A stretch of 64,000 nt of DNA, taken from Candidatus Iainarchaeum sp. Its GTDB lineage: Archaea > Iainarchaeota > Iainarchaeia > Iainarchaeales > VGJJ01. Shown one piece after another: positions 26,603 through 35,819 of this stretch. The first letter of the stretch is position 1. Every line of letters begins with the position of its first letter. Made by a program: the position numbers and the translations under genes. Where the stretch lies: NCBI GenBank assembly GCA_016699555.1, contig CP064981.1, positions 554,558 through 618,557 on the forward strand, written 5' to 3'. The notes beneath the pieces are model-generated. The model searched no databases and was not told the origin of the DNA. It saw nothing but the letters and a program-made list of their open reading frames with translations.

Positions 26603-29600
26603 ATGGCTGAAGAAAATCCTTCCCCCAATGAAGGACGCGTGCGTAAAATCAAGGGGCATAAGGATCCCTTTGAAGCCGCACTCGAAGACACTTCTACACA
26701 ATCAGGTGCTCCTCTGATACTCGACCTCGGTGAAACTCCTCCCGAAGAAGATGAAACCGCACTCCAAGGACGCATGGCCTCCCGTGCACGCCGAAGGCAG
26801 GCAGCAGAAGATGACGATGGCGACGAGGATGGCGATGACGACGATGGAGAAGGCGACGACGAAGAGGAACCTCCTATTCCGGATGATGAAGAACCCGACG
26901 ACGATGAGGAAGGAAATCCCGAGGATGGGCTCGATGACATCCAGGATGGAGATAATCCCGACGAAGTCACTCCCAGCGTGGACACACGCACACGCTCCCG
27001 CAAGACAAAAGCAGCGCCCGCGGCAGCGGAAGGAGAAGAAGCGGTTGAGCCGGAATCGGAATGGAATGAAGAGCACGACTTGCAGGACTTACTGCACGAA
27101 GAAGGGGTAACCGAAGAAGGAATCGACTCCATCGACGAGCTCCATCCGGGAATGGAAGAAGACGCTGCGGCGAATGAGAACCCAAGCGATGAACCACTGC
27201 CCGAAGACGCCGCACCGCGCAAGAGACAACTCCTGCACGCTAAAACGCTCAGCCCCTTGCACGAGAAACTCAAAGAACAGCTCCTGCTCAAAGCCCGCGC
27301 GCACGAGATGCCTGTCACATCCCCTTCGGTGAAATTGGAATTGCTCGAGCTGCCAGAGAAAAAACAGGCATTCATCGGGAGAAAGAAAAGCATCCTCCAA
27401 AAATCAGGACTCGATGGCGCACTCTATATCGGAAAAGTCCAAGACGATGAAAAGTACGGCGACTATTCGCTCTACCTCGACTCGCTCAACCCCCACGTCG
27501 TATTCATCTGCGGATCCCGCGGAAGCGGAAAGTCGTACTTGTTAGGCGTTATCGCCGAGGAATTGGCGCTGCACAACAAAGACGTCGGCGTGGTCGTCGT
27601 GGACCCCGTGGGGGTATTCTGGTCCATGAAATTCCCCAACAAAGAAGAACGCGAAGTCAAGACGCTCAACGATTTCAATCTCATGCCGCAGGGACTGGAA
27701 AACCTCCGCGTGTTCATTCCCGAAGGCAGCAAGAACGAGACGCCCAAGAACACATATGACGGGCTATTCTCCATTCCCCCTGCCATGCTCACCAGCGAAG
27801 ACTGGGCGCTCACCTTCGGAATGGAACGCTTTTCTCCAACGGGATTGCTATTGGAAAAAGCCCTCAAGAAAGTCGAAACCGGATTCAAAACAATCGAAGG
27901 AGAAAAAGTTCCCGGAAAGAAAAACAAATTCAGCCTGGACGATTTGATCCTGTGCCTGGAAAAGGACTTCGAACTCAACTCCCGCGAACGCGGATACAAA
28001 CCCGATTCCGTGCGCGCGCTCGTCTCGCGCTTTGAAGCCGCCAAGGCATGGGGAATATTTTCCGAGAAAGGGACCCCGCTCAGCGAGATCTCGCGCGAGG
28101 GACAGCTCACGGTCATCGACACCAGCTTCTTGGACGATTCCGTCACCGCACTCGTCATCGGAATTTTGGCAAGAAGATTGCTGGCCGCGCGCAAAGTGCA
28201 AACGCGGAGGGAAGCCGCACAGAAATTCAAATCCGATGAGGCGGATGACCTGCTCGAGACCGAGATACCTCCCACATGGCTGTTCATCGATGAAGCGCAC
28301 ACACTCATCCCCAGCGGGAACGTCAAGACCCCCGCGACGAATGCGATCGTGGAATACGTGAAACAAGGACGCAGGCCCGGGTGCTCGCTCGTGTTCGCGA
28401 CCCAGCAACCCTCTGCCATCGACACGCGCGTGCTGTCGCAGTTGGATGTGATCGTGGCCCACAAACTCATTTTCGACGATGACATCAAGGCCATCATGAA
28501 GCGTACTCCCACCATTATCCCCATGAAATACAAGCACCCCAATTTCCTGAAGACGCTTCCGGTAGGAATCGGTTTGACAGGCGACCGACGCGAAGAGACC
28601 TCGCGCGCATTCGTGCTGAAAGTGCGCCCGCGCATGTCGCAGCACGAAGGAAGAGATGCCGAAACGGGCGAGCACAAGCAACAGCTCTCCGAGAAAGAGG
28701 TCATGAAGCTCGCCATCGAGGTCATCTTCTCCAAGCTCGAGAAAGAAGGGAAATTGGAAAAAGAAGAAGTGGAACAGCTCGTGCAAACCCTCAATTCCAA
28801 GTACCGGAGCAAGATCATGCTATCGGACGTGCTGGATGGCCTCGAGGAAAAGGGCGCGCGCATCGATGCCAAGACCATGGAAGTGATCTCTCCCACGTAC
28901 ATCGAGGTCAAGATACCCGTTCCCGCGGAAAAAGAAGCGACCGCCAAGACTCCCCAGCAGAAGGCACAAGAACTCCAGAAACTCATCGAAGAACCGCAAG
29001 CCGAAGAAGAAGAGACCAGTTTGCGCGCGTTGCCCGTGTCTTTCTCCAACGCTCAGATTATCCAGAAACTCGAAAAGGCAGCGAAGAAGAGCATGTTCGG
29101 ATTCGGCGGGACGCAGGAGAAGCTCCAGGAAGTATCGCTGCACTACAAGCCCATCTATCATGTGGAATACCGCCAATTCACCGGCAAGACCACTTTTATC
29201 CAACGCTCGTGCGATGTGGATGCCGAGAAAGGGGAGTTCGTCCACTACCTCAACAACCAATTCGTCTTATCCAATGGCTTGAGCGAGGTTGGTTCGCTGA
29301 GCAAGCAAGAAGGGCAACTCCTGCATACGATTGCGCGTAAATCCACTACCATCCCACAGCTCGCTTCTCAACTGGACATGAGCGAAAAAGACGTCAAGCG
29401 CGCCTTGACGAAACTCTACGACCAAAAGCTCATCGATGTCACGGGAAGCAAGGAAAAACCAGTGGTGCAGCTCTCCAAGTCCCTCGACTTGCCGTTCTCC
29501 GGAAGCGAAAAAGCGCTATCCTCGCTCGCACCGCTCAAGCTCGTGCACGTGCCCAAGATCAAACCCATTCGCGCACGTATCAGCGCGGATGAATTGAATG

Positions 29601-29752
29601 CGTTGCTTTCCACGCTGTGGCCCAACACCAACATCATGCACGTCTCCGAAATCTATCAACCCGTGATCGAGGCCACGCTCATGAATGCAAAGACAAATGA
29701 ATTCCGCAAGGTCCTATTGGACGGATTCACGGGAAACATTCTTGAAGAGTAG
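26603..29752 (+). CDS. HerA/FtsK-superfamily (DUF87-type) P-loop ATPase with acidic disordered N-terminus and C-terminal wHTH
   Basis: Walker A FICGSRGSGKSYLLG, Walker B WLFIDEAHTLIP, VFATQQP motif. N-terminal 250 aa is D/E-rich (DEDGDDDDGEGDDEEEPPIPDDEEPDDDEE). C-terminal TrmB-like HTH (LLHTIARKSTTIPQLASQLDMSEKDVKRALTKL). TATA-like tacttaaat at 26568-26576 favours ATG 26603 over 26576. Confidence 0.8.
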   Translation: MAEENPSPNEGRVRKIKGHKDPFEAALEDTSTQSGAPLILDLGETPPEEDETALQGRMASRARRRQAAEDDDGDEDGDDDDGEGDDEEEPPIPDDEEPDDDEEGNPEDGLDDIQDGDNPDEVTPSVDTRTRSRKTKAAPAAAEGEEAVEPESEWNEEHDLQDLLHEEGVTEEGIDSIDELHPGMEEDAAANENPSDEPLPEDAAPRKRQLLHAKTLSPLHEKLKEQLLLKARAHEMPVTSPSVKLELLELPEKKQAFIGRKKSILQKSGLDGALYIGKVQDDEKYGDYSLYLDSLNPHVVFICGSRGSGKSYLLGVIAEELALHNKDVGVVVVDPVGVFWSMKFPNKEEREVKTLNDFNLMPQGLENLRVFIPEGSKNETPKNTYDGLFSIPPAMLTSEDWALTFGMERFSPTGLLLEKALKKVETGFKTIEGEKVPGKKNKFSLDDLILCLEKDFELNSRERGYKPDSVRALVSRFEAAKAWGIFSEKGTPLSEISREGQLTVIDTSFLDDSVTALVIGILARRLLAARKVQTRREAAQKFKSDEADDLLETEIPPTWLFIDEAHTLIPSGNVKTPATNAIVEYVKQGRRPGCSLVFATQQPSAIDTRVLSQLDVIVAHKLIFDDDIKAIMKRTPTIIPMKYKHPNFLKTLPVGIGLTGDRREETSRAFVLKVRPRMSQHEGRDAETGEHKQQLSEKEVMKLAIEVIFSKLEKEGKLEKEEVEQLVQTLNSKYRSKIMLSDVLDGLEEKGARIDAKTMEVISPTYIEVKIPVPAEKEATAKTPQQKAQELQKLIEEPQAEEEETSLRALPVSFSNAQIIQKLEKAAKKSMFGFGGTQEKLQEVSLHYKPIYHVEYRQFTGKTTFIQRSCDVDAEKGEFVHYLNNQFVLSNGLSEVGSLSKQEGQLLHTIARKSTTIPQLASQLDMSEKDVKRALTKLYDQKLIDVTGSKEKPVVQLSKSLDLPFSGSEKALSSLAPLKLVHVPKIKPIRARISADELNALLSTLWPNTNIMHVSEIYQPVIEATLMNAKTNEFRKVLLDGFTGNILEE

Positions 29753-29768
29753 CAACCTCACTAGTGGT

Positions 29769-30065
29769 ATGCCCCCCCTCAAGCTCGAGCACTACCGCGG
29801 CCAGCTATGCGATTCGCATCTCTCCTACGAGTTCATCCCCCGCAACGAATACCACTTGGACTTGCTCAAGATCGGCGCCGCGCTCGAGAAAGCAGGAAAA
29901 CAACTCCAGATCAAGACTCCCTTTATCCTCGTGGCAAAAGTGAGCGGAATCAAGGTCAGCTTCTATTCCACGGGAAAGATCCTCACGCAAAACGTCCCCG
30001 ATCAGGCGACGGCGAACGCGGCATTCAACGCCTTCGTGGGATGGGTCAATGCCCTTGATGTCTGA
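29769..30065 (+). CDS. hypothetical small protein
   Basis: 98 aa from MPPLKLEHY; the ORF-table start 29685 overlaps the preceding gene. Confidence 0.35.
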   Translation: MPPLKLEHYRGQLCDSHLSYEFIPRNEYHLDLLKIGAALEKAGKQLQIKTPFILVAKVSGIKVSFYSTGKILTQNVPDQATANAAFNAFVGWVNALDV

Positions 30066-30120
30066 TTCCCAGAATCCGATTTAAATTATCCAACCCATTC
30101 CTTGCAGCGGTGATACACGT

Positions 30121-30471
30121 ATGCGTGGAATGATATTGGAACGGATCGACGTCATGAGCTTCGCCAAGCTCAATGCGATTTTCGGATTGGTCGTGGGATT
30201 GGCGATGGGCGTCCTCACGCTTATCTTCACCAGCCTCCTCTCCGATTTCATCCGCTCGCCCTCCATCGATGCCGCGCTCGCAACACAACAAACCATCGCG
30301 CAGGGGCCCCAGCTGATCGTGCAGCTCCAACAACTAGGATTTTTCGGGGTCATCTTCTTCTTGATCGGGGGCGTGATCACGGGATTCATCGTCGGCGCGG
30401 TCATGGCATTCGTCTACAATCTCTCCGCCAAACTGGTGGGAGGGGTCAAGATCGAGTTGGAAGAACCCTGA
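30121..30471 (+). CDS. small membrane protein (2 TM)
   Basis: Two hydrophobic helices; TATA-like tttaaatt about 25 nt upstream. Confidence 0.5.
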   Translation: MRGMILERIDVMSFAKLNAIFGLVVGLAMGVLTLIFTSLLSDFIRSPSIDAALATQQTIAQGPQLIVQLQQLGFFGVIFFLIGGVITGFIVGAVMAFVYNLSAKLVGGVKIELEEP

Positions 30472-30546
30472 AGCGGTCCCTTGTAAGGGCATTTTTCCCT
30501 TCGCATTCCGAAAAGCTGTATATAGTCGAATCCCTTCCTGGGGGAT

Positions 30547-31509
30547 ATGGACTACTCCACCTACACGGCCCAGAACTCCATGTTCGTACCCGGATTAGAC
30601 GGCAAACCCAAACTGGATGTCATGCTGCTCGTGCAGAACCTCCTTGTACTCACTTCCATCATCTTCCTCTACTGGCTCATCGACGCCCAAGCCATGCGCT
30701 TGAATGCATCTCCCATCGGCATATTCCGTCCGGGAGGAATCCTCCTCACCTTCTTCCTCTTGGCCGCGATCGGGATGCTGTGGCGCACGGTCGCACAGCT
30801 GTTTGAACATTATCCCAACGTCCGCAAATTCCTGAAGTGGGGAATATTCTTGCTGTTCGTATTCTTGGCGGTAGGCGCGTACTTCTTCCCCCAACCCTTC
30901 GTGACAGCTTACTATTCTCCCGCGCTCCAGCAGCACATCGACAGGCTGGAGCCGGTGCGCTACATCTATGGGTATCATGCCCAAATCCCCAAAGACACGC
31001 TAACTCCCTCTTCCACGACGGCGAGCGTTTCGGATAAGTACAAGTTGACCGCGCAAGAGATTACGGTCAAGCTGCACGATGCCGTCAATTTCGAAAGGAG
31101 AAAATTGGGATTGAATGCACTTATCTACGATACGCGCCTCGCAAGCATTGCGGAAGCGCACTCCAATGACATGCTGGCGCGCCACTATTTCGATCATGTC
31201 TCGCCCGAAGGGAATACGTTCATTTCGCGCTATGAGCGGGCAGGTTATACCTGTGAACTCATCGTTGGAAACGAAACCATCCGCGGAGGAGAGAATCTCG
31301 CGGAAAGCGTCACGTACAACAGCACCTACGCCAATGGGCTGATTTCCGACTACAAGTCCGTCGAAGAGATCGTGAATCAGACGATCGGCATCTGGATGAA
31401 CTCCACCTCGCACCGCAGCAACATCCTCCATCCCTATTGGAGAGGAGAAGGGATCGGGGTCGCGATCGAACCCGATGGCAAAATACTCATCACGGAAAAC
31501 TTCTGTTAG
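30547..31509 (+). CDS. membrane-anchored CAP/SCP/PR-1 (YkwD-like) domain protein
   Basis: N-terminal TM helices; C-terminal AHSNDMLARHYFDHVSPEG...GENL...IWMNSTSHRSNILHPYW matches CAP-domain signatures. Confidence 0.75.
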   Translation: MDYSTYTAQNSMFVPGLDGKPKLDVMLLVQNLLVLTSIIFLYWLIDAQAMRLNASPIGIFRPGGILLTFFLLAAIGMLWRTVAQLFEHYPNVRKFLKWGIFLLFVFLAVGAYFFPQPFVTAYYSPALQQHIDRLEPVRYIYGYHAQIPKDTLTPSSTTASVSDKYKLTAQEITVKLHDAVNFERRKLGLNALIYDTRLASIAEAHSNDMLARHYFDHVSPEGNTFISRYERAGYTCELIVGNETIRGGENLAESVTYNSTYANGLISDYKSVEEIVNQTIGIWMNSTSHRSNILHPYWRGEGIGVAIEPDGKILITENFC

Positions 31510-31555
31510 CCGCACCCTGCGGCTGTGCGGAAGTTAGGGTGTTTTTCAAACACCC
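31509..31555 (+). repeat. bipartite hairpin element, family 2 copy 1, immediately 3' of the CAP-domain gene
   Basis: gccgcaccctgcggc ... gggtgtttttcaaacaccc; second copy at 35307-35353 has an identical first hairpin and a covarying second hairpin. Confidence 0.55.
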
Positions 31556-31612
31556 ACACGCTACTCTACATAATAGTTTAAGAGCTCTTTTCCGCGAGAA
31601 AGAGGTATTGGA

Positions 31613-32380
31613 GTGATGTCTATGGTGCTTGAGCTGATTGGAATCGTAGTGGTACTATTGATGTTGGCTGTATTTGGGATGCGCTTAATCCAGCAATACG
31701 AAACGGCCGTGGTATTCCGCTTAGGAAAATACGCACGTACGCTTTCTCCGGGACTGAATTTCATCATCCCTATCATCGAGCGCAGCGTCACATTGGACAT
31801 GCGTATTCTCACGATTGATATCCCTCGCCAACAAGCCATCACGAAAGATAATGTGCCCGTTTCAATCAATGGAGTGGTGTACTTCAAAGTCAAGGATGCA
31901 CAGAAGGCCATTATCAATGTGCAAGACTACGTGTATGCGGTTTCGCAATACGCCCAGACGGCCTTGCGCGATGTCGTGGGAGGCATGAGTTTGGATGAAG
32001 TTCTCGCTGAGCGGCAAAAGATCGGCGAACAGATCGCGGAGATCGTGGAAAAGCAATGCTCCAATTGGGGGCTGGACATCGACGCCATCAAGATGCAAGA
32101 CATCGAGCTGCCCGAAGACATGAAACGCATCATGTCACGTCAAGCAACCGCTGAACGCGAGAAGCGCGCCAACATCACTAAAAGTGAAGGCGATAAGATG
32201 GCCGCGAAGAATCTCGCGGATGCCGCCAAGATCATGCAAGAGATGCCGGGAGCGATGCAACTACGCACATTGCAAACGATCGATGGATTGGGCCCCACGC
32301 CCAGCAATACGGTCATCTTGGTTCCGGTTGAATTGATGGAATTCGCCAAGAATATGTTCGGGAATGCGAAGAAAAAGTGA
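31613..32380 (+). CDS. SPFH/band-7 (stomatin/prohibitin/HflC-like) membrane protein
   Basis: N-terminal TM; YETAVVFRLGKYARTLSPGLNFIIPIIE...DNVPVSINGVVYFKV typical SPFH core; coiled-coil C-terminus. Confidence 0.85.
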   Translation: MMSMVLELIGIVVVLLMLAVFGMRLIQQYETAVVFRLGKYARTLSPGLNFIIPIIERSVTLDMRILTIDIPRQQAITKDNVPVSINGVVYFKVKDAQKAIINVQDYVYAVSQYAQTALRDVVGGMSLDEVLAERQKIGEQIAEIVEKQCSNWGLDIDAIKMQDIELPEDMKRIMSRQATAEREKRANITKSEGDKMAAKNLADAAKIMQEMPGAMQLRTLQTIDGLGPTPSNTVILVPVELMEFAKNMFGNAKKK

Positions 32381-32446
32381 TGTGAGAAGCTGACAGGTAT
32401 TGCCATGCAATACCTGGATTTCGCAGCGGCCAGCCGAAACTGGCCA

Positions 32447-32529
32447 CGCAGTGGGTGGGATTCGAACCCACGAGCCCGTAAAGGCCCGGTTTTCGAGACC
32501 GGTGGATTAGACCGCTTTCCTACCACTGC
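32447..32529 (-). tRNA. tRNA-Ser (anticodon CGA), long variable arm, no encoded CCA
   Basis: rc reads GCAGTGG...CCGGT-CTCGAAA-ACCGG-GCCTTTACGGGCTC-GTGGG-TTCGAAT-CCCAC-CCACTGC-G. Confidence 0.85.
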
Positions 32530-32580
32530 ATAGGGATTGGGGAAAATAACCCATATAAATCCAAAAGGAATTCTCCCTCT

Positions 32581-33645
32581 ATGGCATCCCCTCGAAAGCC
32601 TCGCAGCTCACGAAAGCCCTTTCCCCCGCGCAAGCCAGAGCCCATTATCGGTTTCCAGGAACGTGCTCCCGGACAGCCTGGCAGGTATCGTCGCGGGGAG
32701 TTGCTTCTGCTCTATGAGGCATTGCCCAAACAGACCAGTGCGCTTGGAATTGTCTTTTCGCGTAGTGGAGAAATAAAGTTTCCCCGCTATGAGACCGTGG
32801 GCGGAGAATTAGGGCCGCTCAAACGCGTTCCTGGAGCCGTTGTCGTTTCTACCTTGCCGCGTGCGCAACGCGCGCAATTCCACAAACAAGAAAGCGTCGC
32901 GGCGGAATACAAGAAGCTCTTCGACGTCGGAAGCGAAATCGCTCACATCCATGCTTATCTGGTACGCCACGGAAAACCATTGACGCCGGAAGAAAAAAAG
33001 AGATTGAAGGGGAAGCTCGCAACGCTAGCGAATACGATCGGATTGCGCTCGCGCAAGGAATCCAAATCCAATGCGGTGCAACGACTTTCTCGCGCGATCG
33101 AGTTGGCGGATTCCAACCCCAATGCGATGCTGCTCTCATTGATAGGCGCGCACAATGATTTGGCTGTGCGACTTTCCGCGTTGCGGCGAATGATTCCAAA
33201 AACGGTGCGCACGATGCAATCCGTCGCCTCGCGCTTCTTCTCCGAGCGCAACCGCTCGTGGAAAAAAATTCATGATTCGCGCCAACGATTAGCGAAAGGC
33301 ACATTGACTGCAGAAGGAAAGGCCGATTTGCAGCGCGAAATCGATTCCTTCTCCAATCGTTTCATCTTCGATGCGGGAATGGTGGATGATATGCGGCGCT
33401 GGAAGAGTCCTGCAGCGCGCACCCGCATCGCCTCGAACCAATTGCGATTGGTGTATGAGAATATCGACTTCTGGCAAAAGAGAGGAGAAGCCCACTGGGT
33501 CGAACCCTGGATGCGACACGTGGTGAATGCCCTCGCAAAAGAGCGCGGCACCCAAACGCCTGCCGAAATGGCCTATCACGCATTGCAACGCAAGGATTTT
33601 GCCGCGGCCAAGAAGGCATTGGAGCCATTCGCTGAGGCGACGTGA
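32581..33645 (+). CDS. hypothetical basic protein (354 aa)
   Basis: Long ORF, Arg/Lys-rich, no recognised domain. Confidence 0.45.
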   Translation: MASPRKPRSSRKPFPPRKPEPIIGFQERAPGQPGRYRRGELLLLYEALPKQTSALGIVFSRSGEIKFPRYETVGGELGPLKRVPGAVVVSTLPRAQRAQFHKQESVAAEYKKLFDVGSEIAHIHAYLVRHGKPLTPEEKKRLKGKLATLANTIGLRSRKESKSNAVQRLSRAIELADSNPNAMLLSLIGAHNDLAVRLSALRRMIPKTVRTMQSVASRFFSERNRSWKKIHDSRQRLAKGTLTAEGKADLQREIDSFSNRFIFDAGMVDDMRRWKSPAARTRIASNQLRLVYENIDFWQKRGEAHWVEPWMRHVVNALAKERGTQTPAEMAYHALQRKDFAAAKKALEPFAEAT

Positions 33646-33651
33646 TCGCGT

Positions 33652-34353
33652 ATGCCGGTGGTGAAACGCAAACGCATGTTCCGTGGCGCGGCGCGCGGAA
33701 GAGTATTCCAGACCGTGGATTTGGGCGCGGGGAAAGGCGAATATATCGAACGGCAATCCAGACGCTTTCCCAACCGGAAATATGCGGCCGTCGACTTCTT
33801 GCTGGGTCCTGAAAAATTCTTCGATGCCGTGGGACAACGACTCCACAAAAACGGAGTAGGAGTCGGGGATGACGTAACGACGTTCTTGCGTCAGATGATC
33901 GAGCGCAAGGAAAAGACGCGGCACCTTAACATGGACATGCCCTATCCCTTTGACACGAGCGCGTACGCTTCCGAAAGCCAACGCGCCTTCAAGAGCGCCT
34001 TGGAAATGATTCCGCGCGTGCTATTGCCTAACGGAAAATTCTATATCACGAGCGAAAGCAGCTGGACTATCCGCCTCATGCAAAAACTCGCGGAAAAACA
34101 AGGCTTCGCTGCACGTCAATTACGCACCATTCCTCCGCTCAGTTCATCCGATCTTCTCACAACTGCGCAGCAACGTGCGCTCCGAATGAAACAACCGGAT
34201 TATTATCATCCCGGCATGGTGTGGGCATTCGCGAACCAACCCATCTATCGTCTCGAAATAACCTACAACCTCAAAAAAGCGCTCCCCTCCAAGGATGCGC
34301 GGAGAAAATTGGCGCAACCGCGTGCATCGTTCGAGAAGAAAAAACCCAAATGA
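33652..34353 (+). CDS. SAM-dependent methyltransferase (possibly TrmB-like tRNA m7G methyltransferase)
   Basis: Motif I VDLGAGKGEY; downstream MDMPYPFD echoes the TrmB FPDPW block. Tentative. Confidence 0.5.
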   Translation: MPVVKRKRMFRGAARGRVFQTVDLGAGKGEYIERQSRRFPNRKYAAVDFLLGPEKFFDAVGQRLHKNGVGVGDDVTTFLRQMIERKEKTRHLNMDMPYPFDTSAYASESQRAFKSALEMIPRVLLPNGKFYITSESSWTIRLMQKLAEKQGFAARQLRTIPPLSSSDLLTTAQQRALRMKQPDYYHPGMVWAFANQPIYRLEITYNLKKALPSKDARRKLAQPRASFEKKKPK

Positions 34354-34369
34354 AAAAATCAGACGAAGG

Positions 34370-35272
34370 CTAGTGATCGGAAGGAGAGGCATCAATCGAC
34401 GAGGAATCTTTCTTCTCTTCCACGATCGCAAGCGGATATTTTTTCTCCTCGCGGAAAACGCCCTCGATCAGGTGCGAGGGGCCTCTGATCGTCGCGGCGT
34501 CGCGCTTGACATCCAAGGTGAACAATCCCATATGGGCTTTGATCCCCGGATGCGTGGGCTCGACTTTTTGGATGTGCTGCAGGACGTCATGCAAATGATG
34601 CAACGGGAGCGAGGCACGATTTCCCTTGGGGGTGTAGGGCAATCCGTCCAATACCGTGTGGGCAGGATGCGTGTTGCCTTCTTCTTGGATGTAATCCACA
34701 TGCAACTCCTGCGCATTCGAAGTGGAAATGAGTTGTGCGAGCTTGGGCTGCAACTCCGTCAATGTCAAATGCTTGCTCGCGGGAAAATTCAATTCCTTCA
34801 AGGAAGAGATTTGCGCGTGCATGGTCTGTTCCAAGTACTGCATCTGCTTCAAGTGCGACTGCACATCCTCGTGCACCTTTTCGATGTCGGCGATGGAAAA
34901 ACTGACTCCCGCGCGGGCATTATCCAATAAGCGAGGGTCGACTTTGCTGCGTTCCAGCAAAATAGAGAGGTGCTGCACCAGGGGACCGGGATTGCTTTCG
35001 ATGGAACGGACTTTCATCAGCTGATTCAATTTCAGCACGAGCTTGTCGTGCATCTTCACTTTCACGTTGGCTTGCCCTTTGTCGGTCACAAAGAGCTGGT
35101 GGTCTTTCTTTTGCACCATCCCGAAGGAAATGGCATCCTTTAGCACGCGGGAAAGGGCAGCTCGCGAAGAGTTGAGATTGGAGTAATTGGGGGCAATCTT
35201 CGAAAGCAAATCACTATAGGTAATGCCTGGATTCTGCGAAATAATTAACAGAATAGAATTCTTAGAAGTCAT
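34370..35272 (-). CDS. hypothetical protein with N-terminal winged-helix (MarR/TrmB-like) domain
   Basis: ILLIISQNPGITYSDLLSKI...LSRVLKDAISFGMVQKK resembles a wHTH; remainder unassigned. Confidence 0.45.
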   Translation of the reverse strand: MTSKNSILLIISQNPGITYSDLLSKIAPNYSNLNSSRAALSRVLKDAISFGMVQKKDHQLFVTDKGQANVKVKMHDKLVLKLNQLMKVRSIESNPGPLVQHLSILLERSKVDPRLLDNARAGVSFSIADIEKVHEDVQSHLKQMQYLEQTMHAQISSLKELNFPASKHLTLTELQPKLAQLISTSNAQELHVDYIQEEGNTHPAHTVLDGLPYTPKGNRASLPLHHLHDVLQHIQKVEPTHPGIKAHMGLFTLDVKRDAATIRGPSHLIEGVFREEKKYPLAIVEEKKDSSSIDASPSDH

Positions 35273-35306
35273 GCGTTAAGGGTTAACGAATCAGGAGAAT
35301 AAAAAA

Positions 35307-35353
35307 GCCGCACCCTGCGGCTGCGCGGGGGTTAGGGTATCTTTCAGATACCC
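35307..35353 (-). terminator. bipartite hairpin element, family 2 copy 2; on the minus strand the gccgca-ccc-tgcggc hairpin is followed by TTTTTTATT (intrinsic-terminator-like), 3' of rpl44e
   Basis: gccgcaccctgcggc ... gggtatctttcagataccc; rc gives hairpin + cttttttatt directly downstream of the eL42 stop. Confidence 0.5.
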
Positions 35354-35361
35354 ATACAGAA

Positions 35362-35643
35362 TTAAGCTTCGAGCTCGACCTTTTTCATTCTTTTATCGAT
35401 GACGAAGTAGCGCTTCTTCTTACAAACGGCGCATTCGGCCAAAAAGGTGGGCTTCTTGGTCTGTTTCTTGACCTTGATCACGAACTTGGCCTTTCCACCG
35501 TAACCGCGCTTGTGCTTGCGGACATTTCTACGGGTTCCGTGCGCCATCGAGCGGGACTGACCGGACTTGAAGAGCTTCAATTTGTGAGCCGTGTGTGAAT
35601 TGCACTTCTTACAATAGGTTTTCACGGATTTGGGCATCTTCAT
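35362..35643 (-). CDS. rpl44e: 50S ribosomal protein eL42 (L44e)
   Basis: MKMPKSVKTYCKKCNSHTAHKL...RKHKRGYGGKAKF...ECAVCKKK: C4 zinc ribbon and the eL42 family KRGYGG block; an archaeal/eukaryal-only ribosomal protein. Confidence 0.9.
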   Translation of the reverse strand: MKMPKSVKTYCKKCNSHTAHKLKLFKSGQSRSMAHGTRRNVRKHKRGYGGKAKFVIKVKKQTKKPTFLAECAVCKKKRYFVIDKRMKKVELEA

Positions 35644-35819
35644 AAGCGATCACAATCAAACAATAATATACAAAAACGCCAAGAAAACGCTTATAAATGG
35701 AAGTTATTGAGTGTCCTGGCGTAAGCCCCCTAGGGGGCTCCCATTCTCTCGCTAAATACCCCCTCCTTATAAATGCCAAAACCGTTTTTGGGGTATATTG
35801 GAGTCGGTGGGGTTATGCT

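Noticed and set aside
26572-27393. 273-aa Ser-rich minus-strand ORF
   Set aside because: Antisense to the poly-acidic N-terminal region of the DUF87 ATPase (GAn/GAy codon repeats read as Ser-rich on the other strand).
27472-29049. 525-aa minus-strand ORF
   Set aside because: Antisense to the ATPase core, which has Walker A/B motifs; no features of its own.
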